Shown piece by piece: positions 28,262-41,105 of a DNA stretch of 64,000 bases. The stretch comes from Antedon mediterranea. Taxonomy: Eukaryota; Animalia; Echinodermata. The stretch lies in contig NC_092676.1 in NCBI RefSeq assembly GCF_964355755.1, positions 15,332,871 through 15,396,870 of the forward strand, given 5' to 3'. Numbering within the stretch: the stretch's first letter is position 1; the number at the start of each line of letters is the position of its first letter. Under the pieces are notes generated by a model. That model had not been told where the DNA came from. It saw only the letters and a program-made list of their open reading frames with translations, and made no database searches. Both the position numbers and the translations under genes were made by a program.

Positions 28262-29839
28262 TTTGGTTATCCGCACTTGGCGGATAACCCCTTGTTATTA
28301 ATATTGTCAGGATCTGGTTTTTTTTTCTTCTATCATATTCTTCTTTCTTTCCCGGAATTTTGTTGGCAGCGTATCTCTAATTCTGGTCAACATAAAGATT
28401 GTATAACTTTGTCATAAGGTTGAACTGTAGCTGTAGATGTGCAAGAAACTTTGTTAGACTCGCGCAGCGTAAGTTACGCGCAATTTTATGAATTTCAATT
28501 CAATGATTGATCATAGATCATAGTAAAATATAGAATTTTTGTCTTGTTTCGTTATTGCTCATCACATTCAACAGAGCGCATCTCACTTATACGTATTCCA
28601 TTTCCTCCGAGATTTTAATAATGTCTACTTCAATCAATTATCTTTCGCATTAGTTAAAAATATTTTAATTTTTATGACGTCATCATGTCTAAAAATGTAA
28701 ATATCGTGGGTCATTTATTTTCATCTTTACAGTAAATTTCAATCTGTTATAGCTCTTTGGAATAAAAAGTGGTAATCATGATTAAAACGTTTTCTGGAAG
28801 CTATTGTATTGTATTGGATTGTAGTACGAATTCATGTGAATATTTTGCCAATCAGATGTTGTGACGTAATCATATGGCCAGTTGAATTCAAAAAGTCATA
28901 GTTTCATCCATTGCGTAAAAGTTCATTGCGTTTAAACGAGAGCGCATCTCACTTTTACGTGCCCAAAATTCTTCAAATTTGTATTAATGTAATTATTTAG
29001 ATAATTATCTTCTAAAATAGTTATATTTATATGTCAATTTGATGACGTCATCGTGTTAATAATTGGATTTAAAAGAGGGGTCTCGTAATTTCGTCTATAT
29101 ACAGTGTATTCTGTAAATACTGTAATATGCTGTATGCTACAAAATAGGTACAATTCAGCACTGTAAACATATTTATTTCATGTCATAGGATGGCATAATA
29201 ATTGTCGAGGTTCATATAGTTTTAAGATGTATTGTCCCTTTGAAACACAAAAAGATGAAGGTCAAAATATTCTAAATTTAAATTGGCCATATCAAAGTAA
29301 TATTAAAGTTATTCACTTTAAGTCGAAAATTCGAGCCAAAAGCAACAAGTTTACGTAATTAACAGGTAAATTAGTTTGATTATATTTCGTCTGGAAAATC
29401 GTCGCGAGCGAAACTAAACAAAGATTTCAAACCACGAGTAGGCATTATGCATGCTAATTAGGATTGTTTACAACTCGTCACGGTTGAGAAGGTATTTTCA
29501 CACAGATCGTGAGGAAGTTTTATGATTATGCATACAGAGTAGCCAAACAAGCGTGTTTCATTATGGGGTATGTTTTGATCGAAAACTTTGACTGGAAGTC
29601 AGAGTTATTTTTTAACAAAAAAACGTCTGTTAATCAGTTAAATGATTATTTTTTCGACAAATTTTTGGTGATAGTTAATAACTATTATAATACTTCAAAA
29701 TGACCCACCTTTTTTCGAAATCTGTTATTTTTTTTTTTTTTTTGGAATTAGTCAAGGGACAATACATCTTTAAAGTATGTGCATGTTGCGTTTGCGTGGA
29801 TAACCCAAACTCGTCAAAGTGACGAGTTCAAATCTAGTT
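28262..29839 (+). mobile_element. Helentron-associated (HINE/DINE-1-like) non-autonomous element
   Basis: 5' hairpin GGTTATCCGC-acttg-GCGGATAACC, then a TTC-rich tract, internal direct repeats (agagcgcatctcactt.tacgt at about 28572 and 28940), 3' subterminal GGATAACC, hairpin AACTCGTCA-aag-TGACGAGTT and end CTAGTT. Confidence 0.65.
29225..29769. mobile_element. TIR MITE with TTAA-type target (Kolobok-like), copy 1, nested in the Helentron-like element
   Basis: TIR AGATGTATTGTCCCTT / AAGGGACAATACATCT, flanks TTTA and TTAA; highly similar along its length to 41244-41784. Confidence 0.8.
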
Positions 29840-30074
29840 AGTTTTTCTTTCATTTATTTTGACAGAAAGAATGGTGTATCGCAAATAAATACAATAATTT
29901 ATTTGTATGTTGCAACTCGGACAGATTTCCATTAAACATACTGTATGCAATGTGTGTTGTTATAAATTCTTATAGTATAGCATGCTTTGCATCAGAATAT
30001 TTAAGCATGAAAAGATGTGACAGAACCCATTAGCATCCCATTACATTACTGTTAATACTGCTGGTAGTTCAAAT

Positions 30075-30752
30075 CAAGCTTCAAAGCCTTTGTGCATACC
30101 TGCCAAACCTACCAATCTAAACAGTAGGCAATCACTTCCATACTATCACTTTCAGGCTATCGCTTTAAAGCCTATGTGCATAACTACCAACCCTACTGAT
30201 CTAAACAGAGGCTATCACTTTCAGGCTATCGCTTTAAAGCCTATGTGCATAACTACCAACCCTACTGATCTAAACAGTGGGCTATCACTTTCAGACAATC
30301 GCTTTAAAGCCTATGTGCATAACTACCAACCCTACCGATCTAAACAGAGGCTATCACTTTCAGGCTATTACTTTAAAGCCTATGTGCATAACTACCAACC
30401 CTACTGATCTAAACAGAGGCTATCACTTTTAGGCTATCACTTTAAAGCCTATGCGCATAACTACCAACCCTACTGATCTAAACAGAGGCTATCACTTTCA
30501 GGCTATTACTTTAAAGCCTATGTGCATAACTGCCAAACCTACTGATCTAAACAGAGGCTATCACTTTCAGGCTATCGCTTTAAAGCCTATGTGCATAACT
30601 GCCAAACCTACTGATCTAAACAGAGGCTATCACTTTCAGGCTATCGCTTTAAAGCCTATGTGCATAACTGCCAAAGCTACCGATCTAAACAGAGGCTATC
30701 ACTTTAAAGCCTATGTGCATAACTGCCAAAGCTACCGATCTAAACAGAGGCT
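30075..30752. repeat. 69-bp minisatellite, about 9-10 copies
   Basis: Unit CTATCACTTTCAGGCTATCGCTTTAAAGCCTATGTGCATAACTACCAACCCTACTGATCTAAACAGAGG. Confidence 0.96.
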
Positions 30753-32617
30753 TTTATTATATATTTATATTGATTTCTGTATGTTTTAGCTTTGTTGTTG
30801 GAGTGGCTCGCCTAATTGGCGACAGAAGCTGTTGGCCTCTTTTGCCACTCTTTGGTGTTTGTTTCATAAAATAAAATTCAAACAATTTCCTATTTAAATA
30901 CTGAACCATTTTTAATAAGAACCACTACATTTGTAAATTTTAGGTTAAATATGTAATAAAATGTAATTTTTGTTAAAAGTGAAAAAGTTGCTGGTTGTGA
31001 AATACTACAATCACTGCAGTATACAGCATTGTATTTGTTTAGGAGTTTGACGTTTATTAATCGATTAATAAAAAAGAGGATACTTTTGTTATGGTACATT
31101 TTACGATACGATACGATGGCATTTTTTGTCATTTTTACTAGGTACAAATGAAATTTAGTTGGTTGATTTACATTTGATATACATACAATATACAAATATG
31201 TACAAATGGACATTTAAAACAAACTATTATTAAATACTGTAATATCATTCTTTGAAAACATTGTGTGAATTGAATAAAGAGATAAAAAAAAACCACCACG
31301 ATTGCTTTCTGACAGTCCTTAATGATTGGGAACTGTAAAAATGTCGTAGACCTAAGTCTTTCATTTTGTTGAACTAAAATATGTGTAGACTGACTTTGAT
31401 TAAAAATAAATAAACTTGTTTGGTTCTGCATTTCAGCACTTCTAGGCTTGTAGACTTTTTTTATGATCCAGGTATTATTTTAATACTTTGTTACAATAAA
31501 TTGAATTGAACATATAAATTAAACAAAAGCAGTTACAATAACAATAATTTGATAATGCTAAAGAGCATTTGTGCCAAAAAAGACCAATGTCAGATCTAAT
31601 GGCTTACCAGTCAGATTTTGTAAGTATTTCCAGGGAAACAAATGCTCCCATGAAGCAAATTATAGAATTGGCAATGTTTTCAATGTTAACCATTTAAGCA
31701 AAGTTAATCACATTTCTTTGAAACATTTACATACATCTGTAATATTAATTAATTCTATATAAAAATAATTGAACAAATCATTATGTTATACTGTATACCA
31801 TAATTGCCTAATTCCAGTTTCTTATACTCTATAAGTTAAACACATTATCAGGTAGAACAGACTTGTGCGTTATCATTCTTTATGAATAATTGAAATACTT
31901 AAATGCTGTCCTCTATATAACACTTTTGATAATTCATTTTTATAAAGTGGATTGGTGATGCAAAAATACTTTCATATTATAAATATGTAGTACAATATAC
32001 ATGTTGTACAAAATGTTCACTTAAGTTTGTGTTTTTATAAAGATTGGTTTTAAAGTCAAACTGTCAAAATTAATTGGCAAACTAGTATATTATTATTTGT
32101 TATATCAATAATTCAAAATTATTAGTTATGAGAAAGAAGAAAAGAAAATCGCATATATATCATGTAAAGTAGTATGTCCACCTAATGGGTTATCAAAGAA
32201 AGTGTTCTAAAATATTATACCATATCTATGCTGACCCATATATAGTTATTACTAGTTAGTAGACAATTTTGTCTCATAATGTCATGATTTATAGAAGTAG
32301 ACTATTTCAGTGTTATTAGGAGAGAAGATGATATTGATATATTTGACATGGATAAACAGGCAAACATGCCAAATACCAAGCATACCTTGATGTTGCAAGC
32401 CTTTCCTGCTATAGGTTTATTGCTGAATTTCAGGCGCAGGATTATTTCAATATTATTTGTACAAATAGTTTTTTGGCAAGAATTAAATTTTATATTATTT
32501 TAATCTTTTCATGCCGTTTCTTGTTATTTTTAGTTTGTTATTAATAATTTTATAGAATTTACTGTTTTAAAATCTTAATATCATAAATAGTAACAAGAAC
32601 TCAAAACTATTCATATG

Positions 32618-33379
32618 AATGTTCCTATTCATAGATATTGTACTGTATATAGTAAGGCCTACATTATTCTGTCATTGGCCATCTTAATAAACTAATGTTC
32701 CTATTCATTGATATTATACTGTATATAGTAAAGGCCTACATTATTCTGTCATTGGCCATCTTAATAAACTAATGTTCCTATTCATTGATATTATACTGTA
32801 TATAGTAAGGCCTACATTATTCTATCATTGACCATCTTAATAAACTAATGTTCCTATTCATTGATATTATACTGTATATAGTAAGGCCTACATTATTCTG
32901 TCATTGGCCATCTTAATAAACTAATGTTCCTATTCATTGATATTATACTGTATATAGTAAGGCCTACATTATTCTGTCATTGGCCATCTTAATAAACTAA
33001 TGTTCCTATTCATTGATATTATACTGTATATAGTAAGGCCTACATTATTCTGTCATTGGCCATCTTAATAAACTAATGTTCCTATTCATTGATATTATAC
33101 TGTATATAGTAAGGCCTACATTATTCTATCATTGGCCATCTTAATAAACTAATGTTCCTATTCATTGATATTATTCTGTATATAGTAAGGCCTACATTAT
33201 TCTGTCATTGGCCATCTTAATAAACTAATGTTCCTATTCATTGATATTATACTGTATATAGTAAGGCCTACATTATTCTATCATTGGCCATCTTAATAAA
33301 CTAATGTTCCTATTCATTGATATTATTCTGTATATAGTAAGGCCTACATTATTCTGTCATTGGCCATCTTAATAAACTA
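32618..33379. repeat. 76-bp minisatellite x10
   Basis: Unit AATGTTCCTATTCATTGATATTATACTGTATATAGTAAGGCCTACATTATTCTGTCATTGGCCATCTTAATAAACT. Confidence 0.97.
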
Positions 33380-34998
33380 TATTCAGATAATTATATATGA
33401 ACTGTTATCTTTACAGTTACAAACAATCATTTTTACATTTTTAAATGGGTATTTCACACTGGATGCAAACTTTAAAAATTACAAATATGTAGTTTTGTCA
33501 ATTTTTGTTTTACAAACTTTCACAATTTTAAAACATGTTATGATATAAATTTAGTCTTTTTAGCTTAGTATTTATACATCGTTATAAACGGATAAACACA
33601 TGGTTTATGTTGCAAAATCTTAACATTAAACATTTTTTCATAAAGGTGTTTTGTCAGATTGTCGGTGTATCTTTGAAGATTGACTAGCTTCAATGTTGAT
33701 GGTCCCCCTCGAGATCACAATGATTATATTACAGGATACTGAACACTTTAGCAAATATAGAAGTCTGTGGATCTGTCATCATCAAATCATGTTTACTTTT
33801 GGCAAATCCTGCATCAATAATTCAACTTAACTGGTTTCTCTGAATTTTTTCCTTTCTTTGTTTTACATACAGTACATCCAGTAAATTTAAAGAGCCCTCT
33901 ACATTTACTATAGTTTTCTCACTGCACTAGAAATTAAAAAACAAAAATTAGTGACTTTCACTTCAATGGATATAGGATCAAAAGAATATAATAGATATGA
34001 GGGTTGTTGATAGATGCTGTAATGTTACAGTAATTAAGATAAGAAACATCTAAGGGTCTATTTCTGCTGCATATTCGTATACCTTTTATTTGAAATAAAA
34101 TTTTAAAATGCATTTCTTTACTCACAAACATTTGGTGGTGATTGTCGAAAGCCAACTTTAGCAATAGTGCAAATGCCTTTTGAGATGCAGCTAAAAGTTG
34201 CAAAAATAGTGGTAATCGATTGGGTGTTTTAACCATGAAAATATCATTTAACTGGTTATTTGAAATTTGTTTTCTTAAAAAATGTATAATCTGTACTCCG
34301 TTTCACTCTGTTCTGCCTCAAAAATAAGTCAATCTAATTGATGCAGATAATGGTATCAGTTACATGTGGAGTTACATATTTACATAGTACTATGTCAACC
34401 TAAAGAATCAACAAAAGCAATTTAGTAACACTACTCAATAATACATTATCTTTTTATTAATAAATTAAGTAAATATAACAGTTTGATATTGGCGTGCAAA
34501 GTAATAAATTAGGTCTTGTATTGTATAGAAATTGATAAACATAAAACAACAACCAGTAACATTTAAATCAATACTTTAAGTGGATTTTTTAAATGTATTA
34601 TGAGATATATCATTGAAATTGCTAATTGATCTACAGACTGATTCATTGTGATGGAATCTTGTATTTATTGATGATACAAATTATTTAAATTCGTCTCTAA
34701 TTTTTTTTTTTTGTAGGATGTGTCGAAAAATAAATATTGTTTTTGTAAAGTAACATGGATAATTCTTTCCTACAGTAGTATTGATATAAATAAAAAGTAT
34801 ATAATTATTGAAGTCTTCCCCATTTTGTTAATGGAATGATCCGTGCAGTACAGCCTATTAAGGTACAGTACATTGTGCTGTGGACAGCTGTAACTTTGAA
34901 GTCTGCTTACAGCCATGTCACACGCTTTTATTACTTCAATCTATTCTCAATTTTAAAAACCATGTCGAATTAGGATCATTGAGACAGGGTTCTTAAAG

Positions 34999-35068
34999 AT
35001 GGCTTCATTTTCTTCAATTTGTTTTTATGCGAAAGGCTGTAGTTGGACATCTACAGGTCCAAAAAAAG
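34999..35068 (+). CDS. Candidate (alternative) first coding exon of the PLCL gene
   Basis: ATG at 34999 opens MASFSSICFYAKGCSWTSTGPKK, followed by a strong donor AAG|GTGAGA in phase 1, which is the phase needed to join exon 40103. No homology support. Confidence 0.35.
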
Positions 35069-35234
35069 GTGAGAACATTCTTCTATAAAATACGTCCTGC
35101 TTTATCTACAGAACTTCCATGAATTAGTATTCGTTGAATTTATTTTGTGTTTAATAGATTTGTATTCTTTTGGTAAATTTCCTTAATGCCTGAAAATTAT
35201 AGTTTAATCAGTGCATTTCAATAAATTTTTTTAA

Positions 35235-35385
35235 TTACTTACTTTGCCTTTAGCTGTTTGGGGGATGTAGAAGATTTAACTACTCTTCTTCTCCATGTGG
35301 CCCTGTCCTCCGCCATCCGCAGTGTCTTATTTGAGTTAGTTTGGTCTATTCTTTGATGTTGTCTTTCCAGTGTTTCTTGGCATTT
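35235..35385 (-). mobile_element. RTE-like LINE 3' end fragment
   Basis: Minus strand KKHWKDNIKE*T...KTLRMAEDRATWRRRVVKSSTSPKQL followed by an AAGT-type tail; matches the RTE C-terminal W.D.I......A.DR..WR motif. Confidence 0.65.
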
Positions 35386-35804
35386 CTTTTACATAGTAAT
35401 AATGTTTTCTTGGGCTTGGCTAGATTTGACAGGCTGGATTTGACAGGCTGGATTTCACAAGCTTAAAATTTGACTTGTTTTTTTTTACAATTCATTCACT
35501 TTCAAAAGATTCTAACTTCAAAGTGAATATTTTCACAAAATATGCTTGTTCTTAATGCTTTTTATTCAATATTCCACCTTTAGTTTTTCTCTATTATTTA
35601 ATATTTATAACAAATTTGGTAGACATGTTCTTTTAAAAATTGTTGTCAAATTGGTCACTAAAAATATAAAGTTATAATGAATTGGTTTATTGCCACCTTC
35701 AATGAATAGAATCATTACCTGATACACTATAACTTAGTTTGTCACTCACATTTTTATTGGATAAAGTCAAATTCATTAATGTGTAGATTGTCTTCAGTTT
35801 TATA

Positions 35805-36813
35805 GAGCGTGTTCAGACCTATGGCGTTAGACCGTTTTAGCATACGACGCTAAAAGAATGTGTGTCTGAACAGTTGAGGATTGTGGTAGTGGAAAACGGT
35901 TGATAGTACTGTTTTAACATACGAAGCTACTTCAATTCAAAGTTGTATCCAATCATAACGTTTCCTGTTATGACGAGAACAAGTTTTGACTAAGGCTGTA
36001 TCGTCAATGTGTGAGATGGATTTCAACAACAAAAAAGGCCAGAATAAATAAGGCCTATAACTAGACTACAAATACAACTATTGGAAAAAAAAAAACTAGG
36101 CTACAAACTACAGTACAATTTACATGTATCAACTGATACTTTTCTAACAAATGAAATAAATAAATGCACTTTGTATTTAAACATAGCGACTACGATCCTT
36201 TCCCCTGTTAGGCCAGCTAGAGCAGCCATTCACGCATTCATTCAAGCTAAAAACTAGCGTGGAACATCAAGTCACTCATTATATATACAAGGCAGACTAG
36301 ACTGGACAAGTTTAATGCTGAAAACCCCCTAACTCCTAACAAATTCAGTAAATAATGGGAGCTGTATCTTTTTTACTAGCAAGTTATGGTTATTTTCAAC
36401 AGACTAATCACAATTTCCCTCCATGGGCTTTACACACAATACAATCTCCATCAGGAGGCTTGCTTTATTTTCGTAACAACCCAAGCCTGGGGGAGATGAT
36501 TTTTACTACAAAATAAAAACAATAGAAACAGAAATTTGGCTTTACTATATTTAAAAATAATAATGCTGAGGTATGTTTTATTTACGGCAAATTTTGTCCG
36601 AATTTTGTAGGGCTAAGATCTAGGCCTATATACAGTGGAAATAATGATGAAACGCAAGAATATGCAACTAGAAACAACCTGAATGACGCACTTCCGTTGT
36701 AACGATAATCGTACGCTACGGGTCTGAACACCTCATTTTTTCTCTGCGGTTTGTGATCGTGCTAGTAACGTTATACGCTAAAACGGTCTAACGCTATGGG
36801 TCTAAACATAGCC
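35805..36813. mobile_element. Harbinger-like MITE related at its termini to 10264-11106
   Basis: Imperfect TIRs GAGCGTGTTCAGACCTATGGCGTTAGACCGTTTTAGC / GCTAAAACGGTCTAACGCTATGGGTCTAAACATAGCC; ATA on both flanks; the same internal GTCTGAAC motifs as the 10264 element. Confidence 0.75.
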
Positions 36814-39800
36814 ATAGTATGGCTATGTTTAGACCCATATAGTAAGTGCGGTGACTAAAATGTAGTGGTAAAGTATGTCACCTTTATAAAAGTAGACATA
36901 TTGGTTGGCCTTGGAATAAACAAAAAAAGAGAAGCAAATAAGAACTCTAGTCAAGGTTATTATGTACTTTAAATCATATTTCTACTCTGCTTCTTCACAG
37001 GTATACACTCAATTCACTCAATTTCTTTGTAAAAAAATCAAGGTATTAGACATCATTATCTTTTCTGAGTCACACATACAGAAAATCATTATCGTTATCT
37101 CACAGCGTGATAACGTGACGTTGATGGTTGAGATCTTGTGAATCTGTTCACTTAAGATTGTATACATCAGCTTCAGTACTTAATGAAGCGTGCACTAAGT
37201 AATATTAAAAAGAACATGGTCCATTTGAATAGTCCGCTTTGATCTTGGAAGTTAATGCATATAAAATGTTATAAAGTAACAATCTGATATTTTTTATTCG
37301 GTACCTGCTTTAATTTATTTTTCACGGATAACAAATAACATTCACTTTTATTTTTATCCTTTTGATTTTATTATATATCTTGGTATATTTTATTCTGATT
37401 TGCTGAATTTTGGTGTAATCGTAAAGGGAAAACATTGGAAGAACCATAACTTTTCAGCTACTTGGGTAGTAGTACATTGTTTTCCTCTTGTTATCATAAC
37501 CATAGATTGAAGTGTCTTCTTGTAATTTGCTGGGGTTTATTCCGTATCACATGGTGAAGAAGATTTCATTCTTTTCAATGCTGAATGTGATATTTGATGA
37601 TTCTATTCAGTTGCCATTGTTTGTTTTTTAAGTCTATAAATGTATAAAAGAAATCCTATGAAAATGTGTATTATTGCTCTGATTTTTAGTACCAACACTT
37701 TCTGTGGCCTCACTCATATTTGTCATTGAATAGTTTTATTATACTATAATAGCATAAAGACTCAACAGTATGTAGGTGTAAAATACTAAAAGTGTATTTA
37801 ATATTTTTTATTCGTTTTAAATAAAGAGAATACTTTCATTTGTTAAAGTAAAGATAGACTTTTTTATTCACCTCTGCTCAATCTTGTATTACTCAAAAAT
37901 GTTATGACCGATCATAAATTCCAAAGCAACATTTTAAAAATAAACTTGACACAATTCTTTATCACATTCTTTTTTTTCATTTTTATGACCTCATCATGAA
38001 AAAAATATAAATAAGGTGAAGTCATGTAAAAATAGAGAAGTTAAAAATAAATTTTTTAGTTTATGAACATAAACCTAGAATAAATTAATAAATCTGAGAA
38101 AAAAACTAAAGTTGATTTGTTGTTTATTCTATTATTTGATTTAACTGTCTGTTAGCAATGTGATTTGTCTCATTGCAATTATACTATAGGGAACAACAAC
38201 TTGTTTCATGTATTTTTTGGTTTTTTTGCAGAACGTGCTATATTTGAGTATAGGATTTTATTCCAATTTTAATGACTTATGGTGAAATGTTCCATTTCGC
38301 AGAAGCTTATTAGGATTTCAGAGAAGAAGGCTGTCCAATCAACTTCAATATTTAGAGTGCCAAATCAGTATTACATTTTATAGATTTTTAGTAAAAATCT
38401 ATTTTTTTTTCATTCGCTTTTCAGAAATATATATTTGTAGGTCTAATTTCCATATAATATTGAAAATATAATATCAAACAATTTGTAACTTTATGTAGAT
38501 ATTTAAAGTTCATTAAATTGCAATTGTATTTAGGCATATTAAAGGAAAAATATCTATCATGAAGGTTTGACTCAAGCTCAATAAGAAGAACAGGAGAATC
38601 AACTTATTCTATTGCAAAATAAGTTTTACGTTATACGGTATTTTCAATTTAGTTACAAAACCCTTCCAATTCACTTTAGCAGGACTGTACATTTTCTAAT
38701 TATTACATTTATGATATTATTGACCAAATCAAATCTTTCAGTTTAATATTTGAATTTATCTGAAGTTCATTACATTTCATTGTCTTTGAACATATTAAAT
38801 GGCTGTCAGTATAATATAAAAAAAATTGTAAAGAAGGCTAGTAGTTGAGAAAATAGTTGAATTACATTGTATTGTCTTCATGATGTACTAGAGTAGTCAT
38901 TGAATCAGATGAGTTATTAACACATGGATAGAAAAGAAAAGTTTGTATTTTTATTTGGAAAAGTATTGATTAACAGTAACAGTAACACATTTATGTATAC
39001 ACTCAGCTTCTTTGTAAAAAACGGTAATTTAAAGCAACCATTGATTTTGTCTTTTTATAAGTGAAAACATTATTGTTTTTGTTTTTTTCTGTTGAAGTGA
39101 TTATCTTGATTAAAATTACGTATTCAAAATCTAATTTTATTAATCTTTGTTTTTCATGTTTTTTGGGAACAATATATATTTAAGAGGACATTGCATCTTT
39201 ATGGGTAAAAATCTTATGAATTTTTCAATGATTGAGTGTCACTTCTTTTAACTTACAGTAACAGTCTGAAAAAAAACATACAGTAAATGTGTTTGTTCAT
39301 GTAAGCAATTCATTCAATAGCAATGAATACCAAATTTTGAATATTTTTGCTTGATTTATTATGATATTAGGCCTGTTATTAAATTTAACAGAAAGTATAG
39401 AATATGCATTATTTATTTAGCATTTTAGGAAGTATTCAATCATAGATTTTGGCGAGGGTTTTTGGATTGTAAAGAGGGGATAAACTGTGGCAAAGAGGTT
39501 TTTCTAGCTTTGTGGTCATACTGTTTTAGTTTTATAAATTACATTTATTTATACCAAAAATATTTCAATATTGTTAAAAATTAGACTTTAAATATTATTA
39601 CCAAATGTACATTGTAAAAATATAGTATTTATTTTGCAAATTTATGATTAATATTAATATTAATAGGAACATATCACATTACATGTGCAATTAATCGTGA
39701 TATCATTAAATGTAGGTGACTCTAGTTTAATTCAAACTTAATGTTATCAGAATATTCTATCTATGGCTATATAATAATTATGATATTTGGTAACATGAGA

Positions 39801-40102
39801 CTTTTAATAAAACATGACTTTATAGTTATTACATGAGTTACTGTTCACATATGTCATCTCATATAGCATACATCAATATTATCTTTGATACTGTTGTAAT
39901 AACATACTGATTTTCTTTTTTAATTGTAAAATGTGAAACAGCGTTTGCATTAACATTTTGCAATTAACCAATCTTTATCTTTCATTAAAAAAACATTAAA
40001 ACAGTGTTTTGATTCGGTAGGGTTTGTTAAGCTTTTGAATAATTTATTTATAATTTATAAATCTAATTTAATCTAAGTTGTTTTTTCTCAATTGATTTAC
40101 AG

Positions 40103-40252
40103 CATCTGACTGTCTAAACTTAATGCAAAATGGTTGTCAATTAATTAAAGTACGCTCATCATCACGTACGTATCATCGAATATTTACACTCTCAGAAGAT
40201 CTGCAAGAAATAAGATGGCACCCAACTTCTAAAAAACCTGACAAAGCGAGAA
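40103..40252 (+). CDS. PLCL: PLCL exon, PH domain N-half
   Basis: tttacag| ... |gtaggt; 150 bp, phase 1-1; (A)SDCLNLMQNGCQLIKVRSSSRTYHRIFTLSEDLQEIRWHPTSKKPDKAR. Confidence 0.93.
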
Positions 40253-41105
40253 GTAGGTGTCATTTATTTATTTTAATGAATGTTTTCATAGAATTCTAAA
40301 ATGTATTTTAAAACATTTTTTTATTGTTGTTGTATGCATTGAAATGCAAAAGCCTCTTGACTGTTTTCTATAACATCCTGCCTCATTGTCTAACCCTCTT
40401 TTTTTCTTAAATGATTATGAAATAATGAGTTGTGCTTATTTGATATAAATTTAGAATAGAAAGGCAAAATACCATGTTTATAGGTTGGTACTATTACGCT
40501 TGAGATTGAGACAATATTGACCAGTTATTTAGGTAGCAAAAATTTATTTCATATTTTAAATAAAAATAAAAAATTGAATATGATTATTATGTTTCTGCAT
40601 GAAAAATGAAGTAATGATTATAACTGTTTAAATAACCCCACATTTCTTGGAAACAGACAAAAAAAAACCCACAATAATGACTAAACAGCATTCTGAAAAT
40701 AAAATGTCATTTAACCCGTAATATGCAACGCAAAATATATGCAATGCAAAATAATGGTTATTTGATTGACTGACTACTGAAATATAGGATCTTGAACGAG
40801 TCACCGCCTGAGAGAAATGCATTTTTCATCAACAATCGTCCACTGCCATTTGATGAATTTTTGGGAGCACAAATTTTGCGAAAATGTGGTTGATATAAAA
40901 ATTATTAAACAATACTATGTTGAAATACTAGGTTTATTCGGCCTTGTGCAGCAGAAACAGATGCTATAACATACCAATATATTCTATTGTTTTTAAGTAA
41001 TGTATAGTCATTTCATACACCTTCTAATTGAAAAACAGTAATGATTTTTATGGTTATTTTGTAGTTTATCCTTCTTGTATAAAATGCTGGTAGGCCTACA
41101 ACTCA

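Noticed and set aside
30090-30789. Repetitive ORFs (MCITTNPTDLNRGYHFQAIALKP)n
   Set aside because: Product of the 69-bp (3n) minisatellite, broken by frameshifts.
37551-37632. MVKKISFFSML, resembling the PLCL KKTVSFSSM motif
   Set aside because: Ends in a stop with no suitable splice donor; probably chance.
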